Of a stretch of DNA of 64,000 bases, positions 21,878 to 31,508 are shown in pieces; position 1 is the first letter of the stretch, and each line of letters begins with the position of its first letter. Origin of the DNA: Rhodomicrobiaceae bacterium (GTDB lineage: Bacteria; Pseudomonadota; Alphaproteobacteria; Rhizobiales; Rhodomicrobiaceae). Position numbers and translations under genes: made by a program. The DNA lies in NCBI GenBank assembly GCA_050290865.1, contig JBNKIW010000004.1:147916-211915 (forward strand), written 5' to 3'. The notes beneath the pieces were generated by a model. That model saw only the letters and a list, made by a program, of their open reading frames with translations. It was not told where the DNA came from and searched no databases.

Positions 21878-22387
21878 ATGCCACGCACGGTTTTCTATCC
21901 CGGCAGCTTCGATCCCGTCACCTACGGTCATCTCGATCTGATCGGGCGGGCCAGCCGTCTTTTCGACCGGATCGTCATCGGCATCGGTGTTCATCATGGG
22001 AAGAAGGCGCTGTTTTCCGAGCAGGAGCGGGTTGCGATGCTGCGCGAGGAGATCGGCAAGCTCGATCCGGCGCCGCCCGCCCGCATCGAGATCGTCACCT
22101 TCGACGGGCTGGCTGTGGATTGCGCGCGCGAGCACAGTGCCATAGGCATTCTCCGAGGCCTGCGCGATGCTTCCGATTTCGATTATGAAATGCAGATGGC
22201 GGGCATGAACGGCGCCATGGTGCCCGGCCTGGAAACCGTTTTCCTGCCTGCGGCATCGGGCAACCGGCATATTGCCGCCACTTTCGTTCGCCAGATCGCG
22301 CAGATGGGTGGCGATATCGGCCCCTTCGTGCCCGCGGCCATCGCCCTGCGCCTGCGCGCGAAACTCAACTCGCCTTCCACACCTTAG
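21878..22387 (+). CDS. coaD: Phosphopantetheine adenylyltransferase
   Basis: 169 aa with the HxGH-like nucleotidyltransferase motif ([16 protein letters not shown]) and full-length CoaD similarity. Confidence 0.9.
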   Translation: MPRTVFYPGSFDPVTYGHLDLIGRASRLFDRIVIGIGVHHGKKALFSEQERVAMLREEIGKLDPAPPARIEIVTFDGLAVDCAREHSAIGILRGLRDASDFDYEMQMAGMNGAMVPGLETVFLPAASGNRHIAATFVRQIAQMGGDIGPFVPAAIALRLRAKLNSPSTP

Positions 22388-22414
22388 TCCCGAATTCAGC
22401 TTCCGGAGTTCGAC

Positions 22415-22957
22415 ATGTTGAAACGCATTCTGCCTGCATTCCTGACGCTTTGCCTGCTGGCGTCGCTCCCGGCCAGTGCCGCGGACAAATCCAATATCGT
22501 CTATCTCGACCTGAAGGGAGGCCGGGTAACCATCGAACTGCGGCCTGATCTCGCGCCGAAGCATGTCGAGCGCTTCAAGAAGCTGGTCAAGGAAGGCTTC
22601 TACGACGGCCTCAAATGGCACCGCGTCATCACCGGTTTCATGGCACAGACCGGCGACCCGACCGGCACCGGCTCCAGCGGCTCGAAATATCCCGACCTGA
22701 AAGCCGAATTCACGAATACGCCGTTCAAGCGCGGTACGCTCGGCGCAGCGCGCACCGGCAACCCGAACAGCGCCAACAGCCAGTTCTTCATCTGTTTCGA
22801 GGATGCATCGCATCTCAACGGGAAATATACCGTGTTCGGACAGGTGGTTGACGGTATGCCGATCGTGGACCGCATCAAGAAGGGCAACGGCCCCGGCGGT
22901 CAGGTTTTCAATCCGGACAAAATCGTCAAGATGCAGCTCGCTACCGACGCGAAATAG
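22415..22957 (+). CDS. ppiA: Periplasmic cyclophilin-type peptidyl-prolyl cis-trans isomerase
   Basis: Signal peptide MLKRILPAFLTLCLLASLPASA, then a cyclophilin domain (WHRVITGFMAQTGDPTGTG, SQFFICF). Confidence 0.85.
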   Translation: MLKRILPAFLTLCLLASLPASAADKSNIVYLDLKGGRVTIELRPDLAPKHVERFKKLVKEGFYDGLKWHRVITGFMAQTGDPTGTGSSGSKYPDLKAEFTNTPFKRGTLGAARTGNPNSANSQFFICFEDASHLNGKYTVFGQVVDGMPIVDRIKKGNGPGGQVFNPDKIVKMQLATDAK

Positions 22958-22990
22958 CTGCAGCCAGTCAACTCATTCAAGGAGCCTTTC

Positions 22991-23464
22991 ATGCCGGAAA
23001 TCAAAGACCCTGAAAACACCCTCATCATGGATATGACCCATGGCACGGTCGTTATCGAAATGCTGCCCGACGTGGCACCCAACCATGTCGCGCGCATCAA
23101 GGAGTTGGTGCGTCAGGGCTTTTACGACGGCATCGTCTTTCACCGCGTGATCGACGGCTTCATGGCCCAGACCGGCGATCCGACCGGCACCGGCATGGGC
23201 GGCTCAGGCACGAAGCTGAAGGCGGAGTTTTCGGGCGTGCCGCACGAGCGCGGCGTCTGCTCGATGGCCCGCGCCCAGAACCCCGACAGCGCCGACAGCC
23301 AGTTCTTCATCTGCTTCGAGGACAGCGGCTTCCTGAACCGGCAATACACCGTTTGGGGCCGGGTCATCGAGGGCATGGAAAACGTGGATAAGATCAAACG
23401 CGGCGAGCCGGTGCAAAGCCCGGACAAGATCGTCACCCTCCGGGTCGCCGCCGACGCGGTGTGA
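22991..23464 (+). CDS. ppiB: Cytoplasmic cyclophilin-type peptidyl-prolyl cis-trans isomerase
   Basis: 157 aa cyclophilin without signal peptide (FHRVIDGFMAQTGDPTGTG, SQFFICF). SD AAGGAG. Confidence 0.85.
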   Translation: MPEIKDPENTLIMDMTHGTVVIEMLPDVAPNHVARIKELVRQGFYDGIVFHRVIDGFMAQTGDPTGTGMGGSGTKLKAEFSGVPHERGVCSMARAQNPDSADSQFFICFEDSGFLNRQYTVWGRVIEGMENVDKIKRGEPVQSPDKIVTLRVAADAV

Positions 23465-23541
23465 CCGGCGCCAAGCATACCCCTCTCCCCGCGTGAGCAC
23501 GATGGCCGAGCCTTCGCGGGGATGACGGGGGAGCGCATGTC

Positions 23542-24459
23542 TCACCGGTCTCCCACGATGCCTACGCCGTCAGCCTGCCAGGAGCCCGGCCACACTTCCG
23601 CGGCACCCGCCCGCAGGGAGCGCACCGCCTCCACCGGCAGGTCACGCACCACAAGCAGGCTTCCGATCGGCTCCAAACTCTCCTTCATGGGACCGATGGC
23701 GGCGAGGATGCCGGTATGCCCGAGTCCCGCCTCGCAGGGCAGATAGACGGCGGCGCCCGACACGTTGGGCTCCACCCGGCCGCCCGTCTGGAATGGACCG
23801 ACCGTGCCGACCGCGCAAACGATGGTCTGCAATTCAATCGCGCGGGTCTTCGCGCAGCCGAAAACGCGCCAATATCCCGCCTCACGCTCGGTCATAGACG
23901 GGACGAGCAGGAGGTCTATCCCCAGCGGCGCCAGCCGCGCGGACAGCGCAGGCAACTCCACATCCAGACAGACGAGGATCGCAAGGCGCAGGCCGCGCCA
24001 TTCGGTGATGTGGAACTCCGTGCCGGGAACGAGCATCCAGGCGCCCGGTTCGGTCTCGAAGGGCGTCAGGCACAGCTTGTCCTGGAAGCCATGAATGACG
24101 CCGTCCGCGCCGGGCAGCAGGAGGTGCGCGCGGTTGGTCCACGCATGGCCCGGCGCCGCATGCGGCATCGTGCCCGGCAGCAGGCCGAGCCCGGTCTCCT
24201 CGACCAACGCGGCCAGACGCGGGAGGCTGGAGACCGCCACTTCGCCCAGCCACGGGATTTCTCTGTCCTCGGTGAGACCGGGCGGCGCGAAGTCCAGCCA
24301 CTGCTCGCAGGCATATTCCGGCATGACTAGCAGATCCGCGCCCGCGTCCCTGGCCGCGCGCATCTGCGTGCGAACGCGCGCGAACCACTCCTCCGCGTCG
24401 TTCACCGGGTTGGCGAGGTTCACGGCCCAAAGGGCGACGGTCGGCAGGGATAAGGTCAT
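23542..24459 (-). CDS. Carbon-nitrogen hydrolase (nitrilase superfamily) protein
   Basis: Nitrilase-superfamily catalytic triad context (E in LLVMPEY, K, and C in LAILVCLDVELP). About 305 aa. Located directly downstream of hybrid kinase 2 on the same strand. Confidence 0.7.
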   Translation of the reverse strand: MTLSLPTVALWAVNLANPVNDAEEWFARVRTQMRAARDAGADLLVMPEYACEQWLDFAPPGLTEDREIPWLGEVAVSSLPRLAALVEETGLGLLPGTMPHAAPGHAWTNRAHLLLPGADGVIHGFQDKLCLTPFETEPGAWMLVPGTEFHITEWRGLRLAILVCLDVELPALSARLAPLGIDLLLVPSMTEREAGYWRVFGCAKTRAIELQTIVCAVGTVGPFQTGGRVEPNVSGAAVYLPCEAGLGHTGILAAIGPMKESLEPIGSLLVVRDLPVEAVRSLRAGAAEVWPGSWQADGVGIVGDR

Positions 24460-24582
24460 CGTTCTGCTCACAGCGCTGCCATTCTCGAAGCCGTTTTATC
24501 GCGGCGGTGCGGAAATGAGAAACGCTACGGGTCGATGCGCCGGATGGAGGCCCTTTGCGCTGCACGCGGGGGCTGGTGAGGC

Positions 24583-27012
24583 TCAGGCCGGCTTCTTCTG
24601 CGCCTCCGGCGCCTGCCGCCGCACATCTTCGGTCTCGCGGGCCGCGAGCGCGGCGCCGTCCAGATAGCGCCTGATCTTTCCGAGCAGGTCTTCGAAATCG
24701 ATGGGCTTCGGCACGTATTCGTTCATGCCCGCGGCGAGATAGCGTTCCCGGTCTCCCGGCAGCGTGTTCGCGGTCATGGCTATGATCGGCGTGCGGCACG
24801 CCGGTTCGGGCATCGCGCGGATGCGCCGCGTCGCGTCAACCCCGCTCATCACCGGCATGCGGATATCCATCAGCACCAGGTCGTAGGGAAGCCGCTGCAT
24901 CGCGTGCACAGCCTCAACACCGTCGGCAACGGCATCGACCACGAACCCGGCCTGTGTCAGCGCGGTCGTGATCAGCCGCTGATTGATCGGGTTGTCCTCC
25001 GCGATCAGCAGGCGGGCATATTTGCCCTTCGTCCCCTCTCCGACGGCGCGCGGGCGGACGCCCGAGACGGCGGCGGCTTCCATGGCGGTTGGAGGGCCTT
25101 TCCGCTCCAGCAGCGCCACGAGAAGGCGGATGAGCTTGTCCTGAACCACAGGCTTGGGACATGCCGCATCGAACCCCAGGGCGCGCGCCTGCTGATCGAA
25201 GGCGATGCCGCCCGAGGACGAGATGATCAGCTTGACGTCCGCATATTGGGGCCGCTCGCGGATCAGTTTGCGCAGCGTGATGCCGTCCATCTCCGGCATC
25301 ATGTGGTCGATGATCACGATTTCGTAAGGGTGGCCGCTGTCTTCGGCGTCGGCGAGCGCAGTGAGCGCCGCGCGCCCCCCCGCGACGCAGTGCACCTCGG
25401 CGCCGAAACTCTTGAGCTGCTGCTGGAAGATCCGCCGGTTCAGCGCATTGTCGTCCACGACGAGGAAGCGGTGGCCCGCCAGCGTCAGCCGCGTGTTCTC
25501 GAGAATGTTCTGCGAAAGCGGCGTCGCTTCGGCCAGCGTAATCTTGAACCAGAACGTCGTGCCTTTGCCCAGCGTGCTCTCGACGCCCATCTCGCCGTCC
25601 ATCAGCGCGACCAGCTTCTTGCAGATCGGCAGACCGAGACCCGCGCCGCCGTGCTTCCGGCTCGATGAGCTGTCGACCTGCATGAACTGATCGAAGACCT
25701 GCCCGATCTTGTTCTGCGGAATACCAATGCCGGTGTCGGTGACGGTGAACAGGAGGATGCAGTCACCCTCCGGCGACATGCCTGCGGGCTTGACCTCGAT
25801 GGCGACGCCGCCGCGCTCAGTGAACTTTATGGCGTTCGCCGCGAGCTTGAGAAGGATTTGCCGCACGCGGCCCGCGTCGCCCGCCACGCTGTCGGGCAGA
25901 TGCGGATCGACGTAGGCCGCGAGATCAAGGCGCTTGGCAAAGGCCTGCGGCCCGAGCAGGGACAACACTTCCGAGGTCACGTCCTGGAGCGAGAAGGCGA
26001 TGTTCTCGAACTCCAGCGAGCCCGCCTCGATATGTGTCATATCGAGAATGTCGTTGAGCAGGTCGAGGAGCGTCACCCCGGCGCCCTGGATGGTCTCGGC
26101 ATAGTCCTTCTGCTTGGTGTTGAGCGGCGTCCCCAGAAGCAGGTTCGTGAAGCCGAGAATGCCGTTGAGCGGCGTGCGCAGTTCGTGGCTCATCAATGAG
26201 AGGAACTCGTCCTTCGCCGAGTCGGACGCCAGGGCGCGGTCGCGTTCGGCCGTGAGCGCATCCTGGGCCGCGAGCACGGCCCGCTGCATCGGTTGAAAGA
26301 TGAACACGGCGCTGACGAGGGAGGCACCGATGCCAGCCGCCGCAGCAAGCGCAAGGAGATAGAAGGCAAGCTGCGCCGTGTTGGCGGTACTGCTGCCGAC
26401 GGTGTGCAGGGCTGCTTGAAAGGCCGGGCGCAGCTCGGTTCTCATCATCGTGCGCAGGGCGGTCATGTCGGCCTTGGCGGTCGCGCTGGATGCGCTGGGG
26501 AGCCGCATGAGCTTGTGACCGAGGATCAGGAATTGCCGGACCCTTACCTCCAGCGCCTTCATACCCTCCGGGGAGCCGTGCCAAAGCGCCCGCAGCAGCG
26601 GCGACATCGCTTTACCTTCGAGATGATAGCGCGCGTTCAGGACATCGGGATTGATCTGCAGGTCATATTTGATGAGGCGCCACTGTTCATCCAGGTCGTC
26701 GTGCTCCTCGCCGTCATGTTTCGTGAGGTAGGTGTAGAGTTCGACGATATCCTTGAACTTCGCCCGCAACAGCCTGCGCGGCTCGCCGGTTCCAGGGCGG
26801 CCGGACTGCCACGCCAACTCGGACTCGAAGTCGTCGATTCCGCTTAGGAGATCGGTCAACACCCGCGCATAGCTGCCATGCACCTCGAAGGATGACAGCA
26901 TGACCCAGCCGACCGAGACCGTGATCAGCAGGCTCAGGGCGATCCCCAGATTGGCCAACCACAAGCGCCTGCGAAAATAGTCCCTGGTGACCGGACGTGG
27001 CGATGGCTGCAT
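24583..27012 (-). CDS. Hybrid sensor histidine kinase / response regulator (paralogue of 17001-19340; two receiver domains)
   Basis: 809 aa with two TM helices around a periplasmic domain. H-box [19 protein letters not shown] (about 50% identical to kinase 1 across the catalytic core). Two REC domains (VIIDHMMPE; VLMDIRMPV). Confidence 0.85.
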   Translation of the reverse strand: MQPSPRPVTRDYFRRRLWLANLGIALSLLITVSVGWVMLSSFEVHGSYARVLTDLLSGIDDFESELAWQSGRPGTGEPRRLLRAKFKDIVELYTYLTKHDGEEHDDLDEQWRLIKYDLQINPDVLNARYHLEGKAMSPLLRALWHGSPEGMKALEVRVRQFLILGHKLMRLPSASSATAKADMTALRTMMRTELRPAFQAALHTVGSSTANTAQLAFYLLALAAAAGIGASLVSAVFIFQPMQRAVLAAQDALTAERDRALASDSAKDEFLSLMSHELRTPLNGILGFTNLLLGTPLNTKQKDYAETIQGAGVTLLDLLNDILDMTHIEAGSLEFENIAFSLQDVTSEVLSLLGPQAFAKRLDLAAYVDPHLPDSVAGDAGRVRQILLKLAANAIKFTERGGVAIEVKPAGMSPEGDCILLFTVTDTGIGIPQNKIGQVFDQFMQVDSSSSRKHGGAGLGLPICKKLVALMDGEMGVESTLGKGTTFWFKITLAEATPLSQNILENTRLTLAGHRFLVVDDNALNRRIFQQQLKSFGAEVHCVAGGRAALTALADAEDSGHPYEIVIIDHMMPEMDGITLRKLIRERPQYADVKLIISSSGGIAFDQQARALGFDAACPKPVVQDKLIRLLVALLERKGPPTAMEAAAVSGVRPRAVGEGTKGKYARLLIAEDNPINQRLITTALTQAGFVVDAVADGVEAVHAMQRLPYDLVLMDIRMPVMSGVDATRRIRAMPEPACRTPIIAMTANTLPGDRERYLAAGMNEYVPKPIDFEDLLGKIRRYLDGAALAARETEDVRRQAPEAQKKPA

Positions 27013-27463
27013 GGGCGGTCCTGATTACCGGCGACCGCGCTGTTGAGACGCGCGCATACTTCGAACGCTAAAGCAAGTTCGTTGAAAGAGTACTGCGCCG
27101 AAACCGGCAAAGATTGGGGGATGATTCATCCTTTGCCAAAGATGATAATATGAACTTTCCTTTAAACTCGGGCAACCAGCACCCGGAGACCATCGTTATC
27201 GCCCGGCACGCGCAGGAAACGCCGGCCCCCAACCGCCCGGAGGCGCGCGCGCGTATTTCCCGGGAGACGGATTGTGCGCCCGTGAGGACTTCCAATACCC
27301 CTCTCGAAATACCTTGAAGCTGCCTGTTTGGAGAAAATACCTTAACGCGGGGCCATCGGATCAACACAATTTTTACCGGCCCCGCACCAATGATAGTCCG
27401 GCTGTCGACGATACGCGCAGCAGGGCACTGCACAGAGGTGATCGAACGAGAGACGGGGGGAAA

Positions 27464-27886
27464 ATGAAGTGTCTCATCAGGATGGCAGCCGCCTTGGCGG
27501 TCTTCGCCATCGGTTTCGCCGCGCCGGTTCATGCGAAGGTCGTGGCGCGGGTGGACCTTTCACAACAGCGGATGCGCGTCTATGTGGACGGCGTTCATCG
27601 CTACACTTGGCCGGTCTCGACGGCACGGCGCGGGTACATCACGCCGACGGGGCGTTTCCGGCCACAGTCCATGCACCGCTTTCACCGGTCCAGCAAATAC
27701 AACAACTCCCCGATGCCGCACTCCATCTTCTTCCACCGCGGCTACGCGATCCACGGCTCGTATGAGACCCGCAAGCTGGGCCGCCGCGCGTCTCACGGAT
27801 GCATCCGGCTTCACCCGGCGAATGCGCGCGAGCTGTACCGTCTCATGAAGGCACATCCCCATTCCAGGATCGTCGTCCATCGCTGA
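27464..27886 (+). CDS. L,D-transpeptidase (YkuD domain), exported
   Basis: Signal peptide MKCLIRMAAALAVFAIGFAAPVHA. Catalytic YkuD motif HGS...ASHGCIRL near the C-terminus. SD GGGGGG upstream of ATG 27464. Confidence 0.75.
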   Translation: MKCLIRMAAALAVFAIGFAAPVHAKVVARVDLSQQRMRVYVDGVHRYTWPVSTARRGYITPTGRFRPQSMHRFHRSSKYNNSPMPHSIFFHRGYAIHGSYETRKLGRRASHGCIRLHPANARELYRLMKAHPHSRIVVHR

Positions 27887-28095
27887 TCGCGGCCTGCGGG
27901 GCAGATGAGGCATACCGGCAACGGAGTTCGCGAAAGGTTCTTTCTTAAGAAAGCTATACGGAATCAACGCATTGGAATTCCGGCACCGCAATTCCCATCT
28001 GTTTAGACGCGGCAAGCCGGATGGTAGGACAGTCCGCCCGCGAAACCGGTGCCGCAGCCGCAGTTCGCGCGGAAGGAAAGGACGCTTTTAGTCCG

Positions 28096-28884
28096 ATGGA
28101 ACTGTTCGACGTGGCGTCATGGAACGCCTCTCTCGCCGCCCTTTGGGCCGACGTCAGCATGCCGGCCTTCTGGGCAGGCGTACTTCAGATCATCTGGATC
28201 GACATCCTGCTGGCGGGTGACAACGCCGTCGTGATCGCGCTGGCCTGCCGCCAGTTGCCGAGACGGCTGCGCATGTGGGGCATGGTGCTGGGGGCGGGCG
28301 TCGCCATCCTGATGCGCATCGCCTTCACGCTGGTCGTGGTCACGCTGATGACCATACCGTATCTCAAGATCGTGGGCGGACTCGCGCTGCTCTACATCGC
28401 CGTGAAACTGCTGATGCCCGAGGAGAACGGTGGCAAGGAAGAGAGCATTGCCGCTGGAGAGCGCCTGTGGCAGGCGGTTCGCATCATCGCGGTGGCCGAC
28501 ATCGTCATGAGCCTGGATAACGTCATCGCCATCGCGGCGGCGTCGAAAGGTCATACCGCGCTGTTCGTATTCGGGCTCGCCGCCAGCATCCCGCTGATCG
28601 TGGCGGGGGCGCGGCTGATGCTGGCCCTGCTGACGCGCTACCCCTTCATCGTCTGGGCGGGCGGTGCGCTCCTCGGCTGGATCGCGGGACAGACCATCAT
28701 CACCGACCCTGCCGCGCATGCTTTCCTGGCAGGACTGTTCGGGGCGGAAATCTGGGCGCCCGTCGAGATCTTCGGCGCGGCCCTTCTGCCTCTGCCGGAG
28801 ATCGTTGCGGTGGTCATGGGCGCTTTGGCCGTGGTGGGCGCCGGACTGCTGCTGCGGAACCGCGCCGCGCGGAAGCCGGACTGA
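28096..28884 (+). CDS. TerC/YjbE-family integral membrane protein (Mn2+ efflux-associated family)
   Basis: Duplicated TerC signature LAGDNAVVIA and MSLDNVIAIA with about 7 TM segments. Start at ATG 28096 (M-E-L-F) rather than the ORF-table start 28021. Confidence 0.7.
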   Translation: MELFDVASWNASLAALWADVSMPAFWAGVLQIIWIDILLAGDNAVVIALACRQLPRRLRMWGMVLGAGVAILMRIAFTLVVVTLMTIPYLKIVGGLALLYIAVKLLMPEENGGKEESIAAGERLWQAVRIIAVADIVMSLDNVIAIAAASKGHTALFVFGLAASIPLIVAGARLMLALLTRYPFIVWAGGALLGWIAGQTIITDPAAHAFLAGLFGAEIWAPVEIFGAALLPLPEIVAVVMGALAVVGAGLLLRNRAARKPD

Positions 28885-29563
28885 GACGGCGCTGGGGCGC
28901 GGGCTTCGGCGGCGGCTGAAGTCCATAGGTGGCAAAGCCTTTCCGCGCGTCCTCCATCTGGGCAGCTGTAAGGATTGCCGGCTTGCCGAGCGCGAGCGCG
29001 TAATAATATTGCCGAGCCAAGGTCTCCAGTTCCACGGCGGTCCACATCGCTTTGTCGAGATCGGGACCGGTGGCGATCATGCCGTGATTGGCAAGCAGGC
29101 AGCTATTGCGGCCTTCAAGCGCGGCCAGCGCGTTGCGCGACAAGGCTTTCGTGCCGAAGGTGGCGTAGCGGGCGCAACGCACGGTGTCGCCGCCGAATGC
29201 CGCGATCATGTAGTGGCAAGCCGGGATCTCGCGGCGGAGAATGGCGAGCACCGTGGCGAAGGTGGAATGCGCATGGACGATGGCCCCCACCTCGGGCCGC
29301 GCCACCATGATATCGAGGTGGAACCGCCATTCCGTGGACGGCTTCAGCGGCCCCTCCCACGCGCCGCAATCGCCCCCGACAGGCATGGAGGCGATCATCT
29401 CCGGCTTGAGCTTGTCGTAGGGCGTGGCGCTGGGTGTGATAAGCATCCGATCGCCGTGACGCGCCGAAATATTGCCGGAGGTGCCTTCCGTGAGGCCCTC
29501 GGCACTCATCCACCGGCATTTTTCGACGATCGCCTGGCGAAGGCGGCGCTCTGCATTGTCCAT
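28814..29563 (-). CDS. Class II aldolase/adducin-family protein
   Basis: Metal-binding His cluster (IVHAHSTFAT, LANHG) typical of class II aldolases. Strong SD GAGGAGGG before ATG 29563. An unusual Pro/Arg-rich C-terminal tail overlaps the 3' end of the convergent TerC gene by 71 nt. Confidence 0.7.
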   Translation of the reverse strand: MDNAERRLRQAIVEKCRWMSAEGLTEGTSGNISARHGDRMLITPSATPYDKLKPEMIASMPVGGDCGAWEGPLKPSTEWRFHLDIMVARPEVGAIVHAHSTFATVLAILRREIPACHYMIAAFGGDTVRCARYATFGTKALSRNALAALEGRNSCLLANHGMIATGPDLDKAMWTAVELETLARQYYYALALGKPAILTAAQMEDARKGFATYGLQPPPKPAPQRRLSPASARRGSAAAVRRPPRPKRP

Positions 29564-29651
29564 CTCGTCCCTCCTCGTTCTCTCCTGCCGCCGCCCGGCT
29601 CTCATGTCTGGCGCAAGGCTGACAGGGATATCTTAAACACGGTACGCGCCG

Positions 29652-30197
29652 ATGGCGCCCCCCACATCGTTCGAACTGCGGGATGCACCGATGAAGAAAA
29701 AGCGGGTGGTGGTCAACGACCTCATGCAGACCGGCTACATTTACCATCTCACCGAGCCCGTGGGGCGGAACTTCCACCCCGATTTCACGCCGGACCTCAC
29801 GCCGAAGCAAATGCTCGAACTGGGTGTCTTCGGCGGAAAATACATGACGGATTGCGCCGCGGAGTTCCCGCCGGACTGGTTCGCGCGAGCCAAGCTTTGC
29901 CACGAATGCCACGACCCGGCGCTGAATTTCTTCGGTATCAATGCTTCGCAACCGCTCTCGGAATGGCGGCGCAAAGGGTGGATTTACGAGGAAGACCCGC
30001 GGGGATGGTTCCAGTGGTATTGCCGGTATTACATGGGGCGGCGATGCCCTGACGACGAGCGCCAGATCAGACGCTGGCGCGCCATCCGCCGCCACGTGGC
30101 GCAGATCAGGAAACACTGTGAGCCCGGCGATCTCACCTGCCGCCGCAAGCAGCGCCAAGCGTTGCTGCACTGGGCGTACGATTCGCGGAATATATGA
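29652..30197 (+). CDS. Conserved hypothetical Cys/His/Trp-rich protein
   Basis: 181-aa ORF with motifs CHECHDPALNFFG, GWFQWYCRYYMGRRCPDDE and RWRAIRRH. High GC3. No family assigned from memory. Start may be 29691. Confidence 0.45.
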   Translation: MAPPTSFELRDAPMKKKRVVVNDLMQTGYIYHLTEPVGRNFHPDFTPDLTPKQMLELGVFGGKYMTDCAAEFPPDWFARAKLCHECHDPALNFFGINASQPLSEWRRKGWIYEEDPRGWFQWYCRYYMGRRCPDDERQIRRWRAIRRHVAQIRKHCEPGDLTCRRKQRQALLHWAYDSRNI

Positions 30198-30421
30198 GGA
30201 AGAGCCCGCTGCACCGCCCCACATCCAACAGCCGTCGCTGACGTATTATGGCAACAGTGGCCGCGCAAATATCTCCAAATAGGTATAAATACGACCGGCG
30301 GATCACGCGAATCACCCTAGCGTGACCTTCAGCACCTGTGGCGGTTCGATGGGGACCGTGAATCGTGGGGCACGTGTACTGTTGCGTTTGCGTTTCTTTG
30401 GGCACGATTGAGGGAATCCAA

Positions 30422-31231
30422 ATGCAGAAAACGCTTGTCGCCGCGTTTGCGGCGCTGATGGGGGTTGGGTCGGCGCAGGCCGCCGATCTGGGGGGTGGTT
30501 ATGGCGGTTCGCTGAAGGATGCGCCTGTCGTTCAGAGCTACGCTCCGAGTTGGGCGGGCCTCTATATCGGCGGCTCCGTCGGGTTCGGCGTGGGCGACAC
30601 CTCTGGCAAGGCCAGGTTCGACGACTTCGACTATGAAGACGAAGACGTGTCGAAGATCGAGGTGAGAAAGGGATACAGCCTCGTTGACCTTGTCGAACGG
30701 GTACTTCAGTCGAAATACGACGTGAATGGCGCCGTCTACGGCGTGCACGCTGGCTATAATGTGCAGCGCGGCAATCTCGTCTACGGCCTGGAAGCCGGCT
30801 TCAACGGTTCTGCCATCGACGGCGCATCGCCTTGTGTCGGCTTGCTCTTCTGCGAGCGCGAACTGGACTGGTACGCAACGGGCGTTGCGCGCCTCGGCTA
30901 TGCTTCCGGCAGCACGATGTTCTATGGCTTCGGCGGTCTTGCCTGGGGCAATGTGACCACGAAGATCGGCTTGCTGTCGCCCGGCCTCCCCTTCCTTGAA
31001 GGCGAGGAGACACACCTGGGCTGGGTCGCGGGCGCCGGTCTTGAGCACGCTTTCAATGACCGTTTCAGCGTGCGTATCGAGTATTCGCACGTCGATCTGG
31101 GCGAGGAAGACACCAAGCTGAGCCTCAGCGGCTACACGCTTCCGATCACCGACGAGGTCGATCTGAGCTTCGACGCCGTCAAGATTGGCGCGAGCTACAA
31201 ACTCACCGGCGGCAGCCAGCCGCTGAAGTGA
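30422..31231 (+). CDS. Outer-membrane beta-barrel protein (Omp25/Omp31/RopB-like), paralogue 1
   Basis: Signal peptide MQKTLVAAFAALMGVGSAQA, alternating amphipathic beta-strands, C-terminal aromatic F (...KLTGGSQPLK). SD GAGGGA. Confidence 0.75.
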   Translation: MQKTLVAAFAALMGVGSAQAADLGGGYGGSLKDAPVVQSYAPSWAGLYIGGSVGFGVGDTSGKARFDDFDYEDEDVSKIEVRKGYSLVDLVERVLQSKYDVNGAVYGVHAGYNVQRGNLVYGLEAGFNGSAIDGASPCVGLLFCERELDWYATGVARLGYASGSTMFYGFGGLAWGNVTTKIGLLSPGLPFLEGEETHLGWVAGAGLEHAFNDRFSVRIEYSHVDLGEEDTKLSLSGYTLPITDEVDLSFDAVKIGASYKLTGGSQPLK

Positions 31232-31264
31232 GCACGCATCAGAATCCTCCTCTGTATCTCTGCG

Positions 31265-31294
31265 AGACCGGGTGTAACAGCCCGGTCTTTCTTG
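31265..31294 (+). terminator. Intrinsic terminator after OMP paralogue 1
   Basis: Stem GAGACCGGG/CCCGGTCT with loop TGTAACAG, followed by TTCTTG. Confidence 0.55.
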
Positions 31295-31508
31295 ATGTAG
31301 AAGCGCAATCTAAAGTTGGCTGATTGCACTGCAGCAAGTTTTGCGCGCATGCTGTCACTAGTGAGCCACAGTAGTGGCGGTATCCTTGCGGTTATTTGTC
31401 GGATTATGTTGCCATAACGGCGAGCCTGCAATTGTGTACGGATAGTACCTGGTGCGTATTTACCAGTATGGGGCAGTACCTGAATTGGGCACTACTATGG
31501 GGAAAAGT

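Noticed and set aside
27887-28095. yybP-ykoY Mn riboswitch upstream of the TerC-family gene
   Set aside because: The invariant GGGGAGUAG L1 element is absent; only a weak CAUACC resemblance was seen. Left as a hypothesis to test with cmsearch rather than called.
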